Part shown: piece by piece, positions 1-9,191 of the stretch | Position numbering within the stretch: position 1 is the stretch's first letter | How the letters are laid out: each line of letters opens with the position of its first letter | Origin: Lachnospiraceae bacterium UBA935 | Lineage (GTDB): Bacteria; Bacillota; Clostridia; Lachnospirales; Lachnospiraceae | Direction: 5' to 3' | NCBI GenBank assembly: GCA_002293525.1 | Contig: DBDJ01000036.1 | Coordinates: 33,082 to 97,081, forward strand | DNA: 64,000 nt | Notes under the pieces: model-generated | Database searches by the model: none | What the model saw: the letters and a program-made list of their open reading frames with translations, nothing else | Told to the model about the DNA's origin: nothing | Position numbers and translations under genes: made by a program

Positions 1-3
1 TAT

Positions 4-534
4 ATGGCAACTTGGAATTCCCGGGGCTTAAGAGGCTCCACCTTGGAGGATATGATAAACCGCACCAACGAAAAATACGCGGAAAACGGACTGGCGCTGA
101 TCCAGAAAATCCCGACTCCGATCACTCCCGTCCATATCGATAAGGATACCCGGCACATTACGCTGGCTTATTTTGAGCAGAAGAGCACTGTCGACTATAT
201 CGGCGCGGTTCAAGGCATACCGGTATGTTTTGACGCCAAAGAATGCGGAAGCGATACCTATACCCTGCAGAATATCCATGAACATCAGGTGAAGTTCATG
301 GAACAGTTTGAAGCGCAGGGAGGAATCGCTTTTTTTCTGATTTTTTATACTTATAAAAACAGCTTTTATTATCTTCCTTATCAAAAGCTCCGCTTTTTCT
401 GGGAACGGATGGTCAACGGCGGCAGAAAGAGCTTTCGCTATGAAGAGCTGGATCCCCAGTATATCTTGTCCCAAAAGCATGGGTTACTGGTTCCTTACCT
501 GGATATGATTCAGATGGATCTGAACGGACGATAA
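4..534 (+). CDS. recU: Holliday junction resolvase RecU
   Basis: 176-aa ORF from the first in-window ATG. RecU-like blocks (KIPTP, FDAKE, LQNIHEHQ, GGIAFF) match Bacillus RecU as I recall it. Confidence 0.85.
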   Translation: MATWNSRGLRGSTLEDMINRTNEKYAENGLALIQKIPTPITPVHIDKDTRHITLAYFEQKSTVDYIGAVQGIPVCFDAKECGSDTYTLQNIHEHQVKFMEQFEAQGGIAFFLIFYTYKNSFYYLPYQKLRFFWERMVNGGRKSFRYEELDPQYILSQKHGLLVPYLDMIQMDLNGR

Positions 535-807
535 ATAGAACCGACGAGTTCTTAATTCAAACTGTCCTGCGTGCCGCAATGAATTCATCAATGTCCGCCA
601 CAAGATATTTTTCAACTAACTGTAATCATCCGTCTTCAGGTTTTTCTTGGCCCATAGCTGCAGAGCCTGGGCATTTAGAGATATTCTTTCCAGAGTACTC
701 ATGATTTTATCAAATTGCATCCGTTCTTCGCCTTCGATCATGCCTTAAGCAGATGAGAGCAGAAGGGTTGCTGCTCAGACTCTAGCTGAAGTACAACAAG
801 CCACTGC

Positions 808-845
808 GAGGGCAGCACCGATCGGACGCTGCCCTCATTCTATTT
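808..845 (+). terminator. Intrinsic-terminator-like hairpin upstream of the his promoter
   Basis: GAGGGCAGC (808-816) pairs with GCTGCCCTC (828-836), followed by ATTCTATTT. It lies about 270 nt after the recU stop. Confidence 0.5.
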
Positions 846-872
846 GACAACATTCCCCTGCTATTATATACT
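844..872 (+). promoter_or_regulatory. Sigma-A-like promoter for hisZ
   Basis: TTGACA (844-849), 17-nt spacer, TATACT (867-872), about 85 nt upstream of the hisZ ATG. Confidence 0.5.
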
Positions 873-955
873 ACAGTTAATTTAACGCTTGGCATTTCTC
901 TGTCATGCCGGCACGTTAAATGAATAAACTGACCGATCTGACCGGAGGCTTTCCC

Positions 956-2074
956 ATGAAAACAAAGCTGTTGCATACTCCCGAAGGCGTAAGGGACATC
1001 TACGGTGCTGAATATGCCCGGAAACTCTATGTCGAGAACCAGATCCGCAGGCAGTTCGGCCTGTATGGATATGAAGACATTCAGACCCCGACCTTTGAAT
1101 TTTTTGATGTATTTTCCCGTGAAGTCGGCACCACGCCGTCCCGAGAACTGTATAAATTCTTCGACAGCGAGGGCAACACCCTGGTTCTCCGGCCTGACTT
1201 CACGCCGTCTATGGCCAGATGTGCTGCCAAATATTTTCGTGAAGACGATGCGCCGCTGCGTTTCTGTTATCAGGGCAACACCTTTACCAATGTATCCAGC
1301 CTGCAGGGGAAGCTGAAAGAAGTGACTGAGATGGGCACGGAACTGATCAATGATTCCAGCGTGGAAGCTGACGGCGAGATTATCGCCCTGGTGGCGGAAG
1401 CACTTTTGGCGGCAGGCTTGAGGGAATTCCAGATCAGCATCGGCCAGGTGGCGTATTTTAAAGGGATGTGTGCCCAGGCCGGGCTCGATGAAGAGACCGA
1501 ACTGGAACTGCGGGACTTTATCTCCGGGAAAAATATTTTCGGAGCCGATGACCTGCTGGTGTCCAAAGGAGTGGACAAGCTTCACCGCCAGATGCTGATC
1601 GGCATTACCGACCTGTTCGGTCCGGCCGTAGTCTTACAACAAGCAGAGGAGCAGGCTGACAATCAGTGTTCCAAGGATGCCATTATCCGGCTCAAGAAGC
1701 TTTATGCCGTGCTCTGTGACTACGGCGTGGATCCATACATATCCTTCGACCTCGGGATGCTGAGCCGCTATAATTACTATACCGGTGTCATCTTCAAAGC
1801 CTATGCTTATGGTATCGGCGATGTGATCGTAAAAGGCGGCCGCTACGACAGTCTGCTCGGCCGATTCGGGAAATCCGCTCCTGCGGTCGGGTCAGTCATC
1901 GAAATTGACCATCTGATGTCAGCATTGACAAGACAGAAAGTGAGCATCCCCGTAAACGAGATCCTGGCCGTAACCTATACTAAAGATACTTATCAAGAAG
2001 CCCTGGAAAAAGCCAGAAACCTGCGCCGGGACGGAAAAAAAGCAGTTTTGCTGCCGGAAGGAGAGCTCCGATGA
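956..2074 (+). CDS. hisZ: ATP phosphoribosyltransferase regulatory subunit HisZ
   Basis: HisRS-like paralog (MKTKLLHTPEGVRDIY, RPDFTPS). GGAGG lies 7 nt upstream of the ATG at 956 (the ORF-track start at 920 is also possible). ATGA overlap with hisG. Confidence 0.85.
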   Translation: MKTKLLHTPEGVRDIYGAEYARKLYVENQIRRQFGLYGYEDIQTPTFEFFDVFSREVGTTPSRELYKFFDSEGNTLVLRPDFTPSMARCAAKYFREDDAPLRFCYQGNTFTNVSSLQGKLKEVTEMGTELINDSSVEADGEIIALVAEALLAAGLREFQISIGQVAYFKGMCAQAGLDEETELELRDFISGKNIFGADDLLVSKGVDKLHRQMLIGITDLFGPAVVLQQAEEQADNQCSKDAIIRLKKLYAVLCDYGVDPYISFDLGMLSRYNYYTGVIFKAYAYGIGDVIVKGGRYDSLLGRFGKSAPAVGSVIEIDHLMSALTRQKVSIPVNEILAVTYTKDTYQEALEKARNLRRDGKKAVLLPEGELR

Positions 2075-2727
2075 AAGAAGCGCGATACCTTACTTTTGCC
2101 CTGAGCAAAGGCCGGCTTGCTTATCAGACTTTGGACCTGCTGGAGCAGATCGGCATTACTTGTGAAGAAATCAAAGATAAAAGCTCCCGCAAACTGATTT
2201 TCGTAAACGAAGAGCGGAAGCTCCGTTTTTTCCTTGCCAAAGGACCGGATGTGCCCACCTATGTAGAGCACGGCGCCGCCGATATCGGCGTGGCCGGAAA
2301 AGACGTCCTGATGGAAGAAAACCGCCGGGTCTATGAAGTCCTTGACCTGCAGCTAGGGAAATGCCGGATGTGCGTATGCGGGCCGGCTTCGGCCGCCGAA
2401 CTGCTAAAGCATCACCAGATGATCCGGGTCGCCAGTAAATACCCCAGCATCGCCAAAGACTATTTTTATAATAAAAAGCATCAGACTGTCGACATCATCA
2501 AACTCAATGGCTCCGTAGAGCTTGGCCCCATTGTCGAATTAAGCGACGTAATCGTTGATATCGTAGAAACCGGTGGAACCCTGCGCGAAAACGGCCTCGA
2601 AGTCCTGGAAGATATCTGCCCGCTGTCAGCCCGTATGATTGTCAACCAAGTAAGCATGCAAATGGACTTTGACCGCATCAGGAGAATCATCAACGACTTA
2701 AGAACTGTACTTAAGATCGGTACTTAA
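2071..2727 (+). CDS. hisG: ATP phosphoribosyltransferase, short form HisG
   Basis: 218 aa with LTFALSKGRL and DIVETGGTLRENGL motifs. Translationally coupled to hisZ. Confidence 0.9.
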   Translation: MKEARYLTFALSKGRLAYQTLDLLEQIGITCEEIKDKSSRKLIFVNEERKLRFFLAKGPDVPTYVEHGAADIGVAGKDVLMEENRRVYEVLDLQLGKCRMCVCGPASAAELLKHHQMIRVASKYPSIAKDYFYNKKHQTVDIIKLNGSVELGPIVELSDVIVDIVETGGTLRENGLEVLEDICPLSARMIVNQVSMQMDFDRIRRIINDLRTVLKIGT

Positions 2728-2749
2728 AAACAGTACTTAAGATCGGTAC
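2707..2749 (+). repeat. 17-bp direct repeat duplicating the hisG 3' end
   Basis: GTACTTAAGATCGGTAC occurs at 2707-2723 (includes the hisG stop) and again at 2733-2749. Confidence 0.9.
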
Positions 2750-2863
2750 AAACTCCAGATGCAAGATGAAAACTACCGACCTAGAAGTGAAGTGAAAATA
2801 TATGAAACAAAAGCCTAACAAATAAGTGAAAGTTTATACCAGACAAGTGAGGAATCCCGACCC

Positions 2864-4156
2864 GTGAAAACGATAAAACTAACTGCCAAAACCAAGAAAA
2901 ACGTCCTGACCGAGCTGCTTCAGCGAAGCCCGGATCAGTATGGACAATATGAAGGCGTCGTCCAGGGCATCATCGACAACATCAAGCTGCGCCGCGACGA
3001 AGGCCTGTTCCATTACACCCGGGAATTTGACAAGTGCCTCATCAATACGGACACGATCCGCGTGACGAAACAGGAAATCAAGGAAGCTTATGCCCAGACT
3101 GATGCCGAATTTATCGCCGTCATGAAGAGGGCGGCCGCCAATATAACCGCATTCCACCAAAAACAGCTGCGGAACAGCTGGTTTGATACCGCAGCGGATG
3201 GTTCCCTGCTAGGGCAGCGGATCACGCCGATCGAAATATCCGGTGTCTATGTTCCCGGAGGGAAAGCTGCCTATCCGTCCAGCGTATTGATGAATATCAT
3301 ACCGGCCAAGGTAGCCGGAGTCTGCCGGGTGATCATGTGTACCCCGCCTGACCGGGAGGGCCGGATCGATCCGGGGACACTGGTAGCCGCCGATATCGCC
3401 GGGGCTGATGAGATCTATAAAGCAGGCGGCGCCCAGGCGATCGCTGCCATGGCCTTTGGTACGGAAAGCATCCCCAAGACGGATAAGATCACCGGACCCG
3501 GCAATATTTACGTGACCCTTGCCAAAAAGGCCTGCTTCGGCCATGTCAGCATTGATTCCATCGCCGGCCCCAGTGAAATCCTGATCTTGGCCGATGAAAC
3601 CGCCAATCCCCGTTATGTCGCCGCCGACCTGCTCTCACAGACAGAGCATGACGAACTGGCCAGCGCGATCCTGGTCACCACGAGCGAAACCTTAGCCCGG
3701 CAAGTAAGCGAAGAAATCGACAGTACCGTTGACCAGCTTTCGCGGGCCGCGATCATCCGCAAGTCCCTGGCGCGTTACGGATACATATTGCTGGCAAAAG
3801 ACATGGAAGAAGCCATTGAAACTGCCAATGAAATCGCCTCGGAACATGTCGAGATCCTGACCCGTGCTCCTTTTGAGATCATGCCTAAGATACGGAATGC
3901 CGGAGCCATCTTCCTGGGTGAGTTTTCCTCCGAACCGCTGGGCGACTATTACGCCGGTCCTAATCATATCCTGCCAACCAACGGGACAGCCCGCTTTTTT
4001 TCGCCGCTTAATGTCGATGACTTCATGAAAAAAACCAGTATCATTTCCTATACGAAAGAAGCTCTGCTGAAAGCGCATAAGGATATCGAGCTTTTTGCCG
4101 AAAAAGAGGGATTGACGGCGCATGCGAATTCTATTAAAGTAAGATTTGAGAAATAA
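2864..4156 (+). CDS. hisD: Histidinol dehydrogenase
   Basis: 430 aa, GTG start. Motifs QTEHDELA, SEHVEI and GDYYAGPNHILPT are typical of HisD. Confidence 0.9.
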   Translation: MKTIKLTAKTKKNVLTELLQRSPDQYGQYEGVVQGIIDNIKLRRDEGLFHYTREFDKCLINTDTIRVTKQEIKEAYAQTDAEFIAVMKRAAANITAFHQKQLRNSWFDTAADGSLLGQRITPIEISGVYVPGGKAAYPSSVLMNIIPAKVAGVCRVIMCTPPDREGRIDPGTLVAADIAGADEIYKAGGAQAIAAMAFGTESIPKTDKITGPGNIYVTLAKKACFGHVSIDSIAGPSEILILADETANPRYVAADLLSQTEHDELASAILVTTSETLARQVSEEIDSTVDQLSRAAIIRKSLARYGYILLAKDMEEAIETANEIASEHVEILTRAPFEIMPKIRNAGAIFLGEFSSEPLGDYYAGPNHILPTNGTARFFSPLNVDDFMKKTSIISYTKEALLKAHKDIELFAEKEGLTAHANSIKVRFEK

Positions 4157-4186
4157 ATCAGCGAGACATCGCAGATAGGAGTCGGT

Positions 4187-4774
4187 ATGAACAGAACCGC
4201 CAAGATAGAGCGAAAAACAACAGAGACAACGATCAGCATGGAGTTAGGCCTGGACGGCAGCGGGAATTCGCAGATAAACACCGGGATCGGCTTTATGGAT
4301 CATATGCTGGAAGGGTTTGCCAGGCATGGCTTTTTTGACCTGAGCTGTACTGTGGAAGGCGACCTGCAGGTAGACGGCCACCATACGGCGGAAGACATCG
4401 GTATCGTCTTAGGACAGGCGATCAAGGAAACGGTAGGAAAAAAAGAAGGAATCAAGCGCTACGGGTTCTTTATCCTCCCGATGGACGATGCTTTGGCGCT
4501 ATGTGCCGTTGATTTGTGCGGACGGCCTTATTTCGAGTTTGACTGTGATTTTCATACGGAACGGGTCGGTTCTCTGGACACGGCTCTGATCAGGGAGTTT
4601 TTCTATGCCATCTCTTATTCCGCCGGAATGAACCTGCATATCAAGATGCTATCGGGACATAATGACCATCACATGATTGAAGCGATCTTCAAATCATTTG
4701 CCAAAGCACTGGATCATGCCGTGGCCATCGATGCCAGAACGAGCGGGGTATTGAGTACGAAAGGCCAACTTTAA
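4187..4774 (+). CDS. hisB: Imidazoleglycerol-phosphate dehydratase
   Basis: 195 aa with the His-rich IGPD motifs GIGFMDHML, GHHTAEDIGI and GHNDHHMIEA. Confidence 0.9.
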   Translation: MNRTAKIERKTTETTISMELGLDGSGNSQINTGIGFMDHMLEGFARHGFFDLSCTVEGDLQVDGHHTAEDIGIVLGQAIKETVGKKEGIKRYGFFILPMDDALALCAVDLCGRPYFEFDCDFHTERVGSLDTALIREFFYAISYSAGMNLHIKMLSGHNDHHMIEAIFKSFAKALDHAVAIDARTSGVLSTKGQL

Positions 4775-4806
4775 CAGGCTTTAGTCTAGGGACAGAGAGG
4801 TTATTT

Positions 4807-6093
4807 ATGATATACAAAAAATTGATTCCGTGCATTTATCTGTATCAGGGAAATGCCGTGGCTGATTATGACGACCGTACCGTCATTGACCTGAATCCCA
4901 TAGAGCTGGCCGTGTTTTACAGCCAAAACGGGGCCGATGAACTGCTGCTCTTTGACCTGTCGGAAACGGCAGAAGAGCATCAGGAAGCTTTGGATCTGAT
5001 CAAAGACATCTGTGCCAAGACCGACATCCCGGTTACCGGGGCAGGCAATGTCGGGCGCATGGAAGATATCAAGAAGTTTTTGTATGCCGGCTGCAAGAAG
5101 GCGGCTTTAGATTATTCCCTGGAAAGCAATGTTGCGATCACCGAGGAAGTGTCGCTTAAATTTGGCCGGGAGAAGACCGTAGCCTGCGTCAGCGAAGCTT
5201 CGGAAATCACCCGCAATGCCGCTCTTCTGGAAGCCTATGTGGCAGAAGTCATCGTAACGGATGAAAACGCGATCCGGACGGCGGCAGCGGTAAGCAAACA
5301 GCCGCTGGTAATTTCCGTGCCCAGGGTTTCGCTGGATAAAATCATTGAACTTTTATCGGAACCGGTTATCAGCGGCATTACCGGCAACGGCATCAATAAT
5401 AATGCCAAAGAATTGCTGAAGATCAAAGACTTCTGTAAGGAAAACGGCATCCTGGTACATTCGCTTGAACCGCTCATAGACTGGAAGGAACTAAAGAAAA
5501 ACGGGGAAGACATGGTTCCGGTCGTGGTTCAGGACTACCGTACGTCGGAAGTCCTGATGGTGGCCTACATGAATGAGGACGCTTTTGCTGCTACGCTTAA
5601 GAGCGGGAAGATGACCTATTTCAGCCGCAGCCGTAACGAACTGTGGATCAAAGGCGATACCAGCGGCCATTACCAATATGTCAAATCCTTGACCGCCGAC
5701 TGTGACAAGGACACGATCCTGGCCAAGGTGTTTCAGGTCGGGGCGGCCTGCCATACCGGAAGCCACAGCTGTTTTTTTAACGACGTCATCAAGCCGGAAG
5801 AAGGTGCCGATGCCAATCCCTTCACCGTCTTTGAAAGAGTCCTGGCTGTCATAAAAGACCGTAAAGTACACCCCAAGGAGGGTTCTTATACCAATTATCT
5901 GTTTGACAAGGGCCTGGATAAAATCCTGAAAAAGATGGGAGAGGAAGCCGCAGAGATTATCATTGCTTCCAAGAATCCTAACCCCAATGAGATCAAATAC
6001 GAGATTGCTGATTTTCTGTATCATATGATGGTGCTGATGGTAGACAAAGGAATTTCCTGGGAGGAGATTATCGAAGAACTTGCAAAACGCTGA
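4807..6093 (+). CDS. hisIE: Phosphoribosyl-AMP cyclohydrolase / phosphoribosyl-ATP diphosphatase HisIE with an N-terminal HisA/HisF-like domain
   Basis: The C-terminal ~200 aa match HisI (VVVQDYRTSEVLMVAYMN, CHTGSHSCFF) and HisE (SYTNYLFDKG, EAAEIIIA). The N-terminal ~230 aa resemble a HisA/F barrel (LIPCIYLYQG, DIPVTGAGNVG). Confidence 0.8.
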   Translation: MIYKKLIPCIYLYQGNAVADYDDRTVIDLNPIELAVFYSQNGADELLLFDLSETAEEHQEALDLIKDICAKTDIPVTGAGNVGRMEDIKKFLYAGCKKAALDYSLESNVAITEEVSLKFGREKTVACVSEASEITRNAALLEAYVAEVIVTDENAIRTAAAVSKQPLVISVPRVSLDKIIELLSEPVISGITGNGINNNAKELLKIKDFCKENGILVHSLEPLIDWKELKKNGEDMVPVVVQDYRTSEVLMVAYMNEDAFAATLKSGKMTYFSRSRNELWIKGDTSGHYQYVKSLTADCDKDTILAKVFQVGAACHTGSHSCFFNDVIKPEEGADANPFTVFERVLAVIKDRKVHPKEGSYTNYLFDKGLDKILKKMGEEAAEIIIASKNPNPNEIKYEIADFLYHMMVLMVDKGISWEEIIEELAKR

Positions 6094-8557
6094 TAAGCAA
6101 TACCGTCATTCATCCCAATCCAAAGCTGATAAGAGGCGTCCCCTCTTCTTTCTGCTGGCGTTTCTGCTTCCCTTTCTGACGATGCTGCTGATCTATGCGG
6201 AAATGGGGATGGCGCCCTTTGGCGGACGTTCGGTTCTGCTCATGGATATGTCTGAGCAATATGTCAACTTCTTTGCGGAGCTTAAGCAGATTGTTCGGGG
6301 CGACAGCAGTATTTATTTTTCCTGGAACAAATCCTTTGGCGCCAGTTTTATCGGCGTATTTGCCTATTATCTTGCCAGCCCGTTTTCGGTTCTGACGATA
6401 TTCTTTAAGCCGGAGAACCTGCCGGTCGCCTTACTGTTTCTGACCTGCCTGAAAATCGGGATGGCAGGCTTTACCCTGAACCTATATTTTAACTATGCCT
6501 TCCGGAAAACGGGACTGGGGACGCTGCTGTTTTCACTCTGCTATGCCCTGATGTCCTATTCGTTTTCTTATTCGCTGAGCATCATGTGGCTGGACGGGCT
6601 GATCTGGCTGCCGGTCATCCTGCTGGGCATCGAAAAGCATCTGGCGGGCAAGTTTCCCTGGATCCTGACGCTTAGCTTAAGCGTCATGTTCGTGTCCAAT
6701 TATTATATCGCCTATATGATCGGCCTTTTTTGCGTCCTTTATTTCTTATACCGCTTTTTTAGTGAAAAACGCCGGCTGCGGCAGTTCGGACGATTACTCA
6801 CCGACTTTATCGGAGCGGTTGTCATAGCGGCCGGGATGGCAGCCTGGCTGCTGCTGCCGACCGGGCTGGAGCTATTGACGGGAAAGCTAGCCCAAGGAGC
6901 AGCCACCGCAGATAAAGGCATGTATTTCATGTCAGTCGATCTGTTCAAACGCTTGCTGCCAGGTCAATATGACGGGATTACCTACGGGCTTCCCTACCTG
7001 TTCTGCGGTACATTGGTGCTGGTGCTGGCGGTTATTTATTTCTTCAATCCCCGGATTCCCGTCAGGGAACGGCTTGCTGCTTATGTTTTTGTCCGCCTGA
7101 TGATTATCAGCTTTTGCAGCAAGCATCTGAATTTCCTTTGGCATGGCTTGCAATACCCTAACTGGTTTCCTTTCCGCAACTCCTTTCTGTTTTCCTTCTT
7201 ACTGATTTTCCTGGCCTTCCGTTCGGTCGGCGCGATACCGCTTAAGGAACTGAAACAGCAGTTTATAAAGAATGCCAAGGCAGTCCGCGTGGTAGAAAAA
7301 GCATTTCCGCTGATACTGATCTTTTTCTTCAGCCTGCAGGCTGTCGAACTCTATCAGAACGGCAGGGTGATTATCAGAGGTCTTGACCGGGATTTTAATT
7401 ACGTATCAATGAAGGACTATCAGGATTTTTATCAAGAACTCCTTCCGCTTGTAGAACAAGCAGAAAGCAGCCCAGGATTCTTCCGGATCGAGAAGGATTT
7501 CGAACGCAGCAAAAATGATGCATTGCTGCTCAGCTATAAAGGCATAACTCATTATTCTTCGGCATTCAATTACCAGGTCAACAGTTTTTCCGAGCAGATC
7601 GGCCTTGCCCAGGGATGGATATGGAACTCCTATTTTGGCCATACGCCCCTGACCGACATGATCTTCAATGTAAAATATATGATGTCAAGAAAAGCCATGC
7701 CGGCTTACTATAAGCGCATCAGTGAAAACGGCAGTGTCACGCTCTATGAAAATCCAGCTGTCCTTCCGGTGGCTTTCATGACAAAAGAGCTTGCCCCGAT
7801 TGCTCGGATCGAAAGCCGGGATTTTGAAGCCCAAAATGAAATGCTGTCGAAACTAAGCGGCTTGGATCATGCTTATTTTACTTCCTGTGAGATTACGGCT
7901 TTGTCGGCCGGCCGGTATTGCTTTACAGCATCGGAAAACGCACCTTATTTTCTTTCTATTACGGTAGGAGACCACGGATATGGCAGCATTTATGCCAATG
8001 AGGTTTACCGCGGTCATTATTGGACCGGTGAAACTCAATGTATTCTTTATATCGGCGATTACCAAAAGGGCGAGGCGGTCGTGATTGACATAGAAAATAT
8101 GAATGAAGAGGATGATCCGGAATCGTCAGGACAGAAGCCTGCTGACCAGGAACCATCTGACCAGGATACGTCAGCACTCAGAATAAGCGCCCTGAATATA
8201 GTCTGGCTTACCGAGGCTTTTCAAGCTCTTGAAAAAGGCGGGCTGACGGTCACCGAATCCGGTGCCGGTCACATAAGCGGCCAGGTGCTTGCACAGGACA
8301 GCGGTGTAATGATGACAAGCATCCCGTATGATGCCGGATTTCAGGTTAAAGTAGACGGTCAAAAGATAAATACCGTAGTAGCTTTTGATACGTTTCTGGC
8401 TTTTCCGGTTCCAGAAGGGAGCCATGAGATTTCCATCCGCTATTTTGCCCGCGGACAGGTCGCCGGTATCCTTGTCTCACTTTGCAGCACCATTTGCTTT
8501 GCTTTCTTGTTCCTAAAGATTATCAGGCATAATTTTGCCCGCCCCCACATATTTTGA
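6080..8557 (+). CDS. YfhO family membrane protein (putative glycosyltransferase)
   Basis: 825 aa, polytopic. The N-terminal region (LPFLTMLLIYAEMGMAPFGG, MDMSEQYVNFF) is typical of YfhO. TTG start overlaps the hisIE end. Confidence 0.75.
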   Translation: MQNADKQYRHSSQSKADKRRPLFFLLAFLLPFLTMLLIYAEMGMAPFGGRSVLLMDMSEQYVNFFAELKQIVRGDSSIYFSWNKSFGASFIGVFAYYLASPFSVLTIFFKPENLPVALLFLTCLKIGMAGFTLNLYFNYAFRKTGLGTLLFSLCYALMSYSFSYSLSIMWLDGLIWLPVILLGIEKHLAGKFPWILTLSLSVMFVSNYYIAYMIGLFCVLYFLYRFFSEKRRLRQFGRLLTDFIGAVVIAAGMAAWLLLPTGLELLTGKLAQGAATADKGMYFMSVDLFKRLLPGQYDGITYGLPYLFCGTLVLVLAVIYFFNPRIPVRERLAAYVFVRLMIISFCSKHLNFLWHGLQYPNWFPFRNSFLFSFLLIFLAFRSVGAIPLKELKQQFIKNAKAVRVVEKAFPLILIFFFSLQAVELYQNGRVIIRGLDRDFNYVSMKDYQDFYQELLPLVEQAESSPGFFRIEKDFERSKNDALLLSYKGITHYSSAFNYQVNSFSEQIGLAQGWIWNSYFGHTPLTDMIFNVKYMMSRKAMPAYYKRISENGSVTLYENPAVLPVAFMTKELAPIARIESRDFEAQNEMLSKLSGLDHAYFTSCEITALSAGRYCFTASENAPYFLSITVGDHGYGSIYANEVYRGHYWTGETQCILYIGDYQKGEAVVIDIENMNEEDDPESSGQKPADQEPSDQDTSALRISALNIVWLTEAFQALEKGGLTVTESGAGHISGQVLAQDSGVMMTSIPYDAGFQVKVDGQKINTVVAFDTFLAFPVPEGSHEISIRYFARGQVAGILVSLCSTICFAFLFLKIIRHNFARPHIF

Positions 8558-8586
8558 TGTAAAGATGTACAAGGCCAGGGACAAAT

Positions 8587-8994
8587 GTGGGACAGATTGA
8601 CACCAACAAGAAATTAGAGCTGATCCGTGACATCCGGATGAGCCAGCAGAATAACCGGGCGGTCATGGGCCGGAGAGAACAGATCGTTTATGGAAGGCCG
8701 AAACCGTTGATTTCCCGGGGCGAGCTTTACAGTCTCGAGTCCACTGCCGTCAATGAGGCAGTGCCGGCTGAAGCTGACGATACCATGCCTACACTCCGGT
8801 CATTCAAGCTGCGGCTGCTGATTGCCATAATCCTTTTTGCTGCCTTCTTCTTTCTTGACCAAACCGGTCAAAGCATCGCCGGCATCACTTCCGTTCAGGT
8901 AAAGGAAGCCGTATCTTCTGAAAGCAAGGATATCCTGAGCTTTATCACCGGCCTGTTTAATGATGCCGCAGAAGAGTTACATTTCAGACTATGA
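8587..8994 (+). CDS. Hypothetical single-pass membrane protein
   Basis: 135-aa ORF with a GTG start and one hydrophobic segment (LRLLIAIILFAAFFFL). I recognise no family. Confidence 0.4.
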   Translation: MGQIDTNKKLELIRDIRMSQQNNRAVMGRREQIVYGRPKPLISRGELYSLESTAVNEAVPAEADDTMPTLRSFKLRLLIAIILFAAFFFLDQTGQSIAGITSVQVKEAVSSESKDILSFITGLFNDAAEELHFRL

Positions 8995-9036
8995 CTGCGA
9001 GGCGCCTAATTTTTAGATGGGAATAGCTGGGGGGCT

Positions 9037-9076
9037 GGGGGAGCTCGGGAACCTCCGGCCCCCGAGCCCCCCCTTT
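9037..9076 (+). terminator. GC-rich intrinsic terminator after the 8587-8994 ORF
   Basis: GGGGGAGCTCGGG pairs with CCCGAGCCCCC (one bulged A), followed by TTT. Confidence 0.6.
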
Positions 9077-9191
9077 ACTAAACTTAACAACATGACATCA
9101 GGCTGTGAACACCAAAGCAGAAGAAGAAGAATTTGGCGAGGAACAGAAATAGAACTTGAATATATCCGGAATATCTTCTATACTTTTAAGC

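Noticed and set aside
616-741. 41-codon - strand ORF (MIEGEERMQFDKIMSTLERISLNAQALQLWAKKNLKTDDYS) in the recU-hisZ gap.
   Set aside because: It has no spaced Shine-Dalgarno (AAGG abuts the ATG), is below any reliable length, and matches no motif I recognise. It may be a gene remnant, but I cannot support it.
879-955. Looked for a histidine T-box or a His-codon leader-peptide attenuator ahead of hisZ.
   Set aside because: The ~77-nt leader has only a 5-bp hairpin. It has no specifier or T-box sequence and no run of His codons.
782-1585. 267-aa ORF on the - strand, antisense to hisZ.
   Set aside because: It lies entirely within the well-supported hisZ frame. It has no recognisable motifs, and its composition is typical of an antisense shadow ORF in GC-balanced coding DNA.
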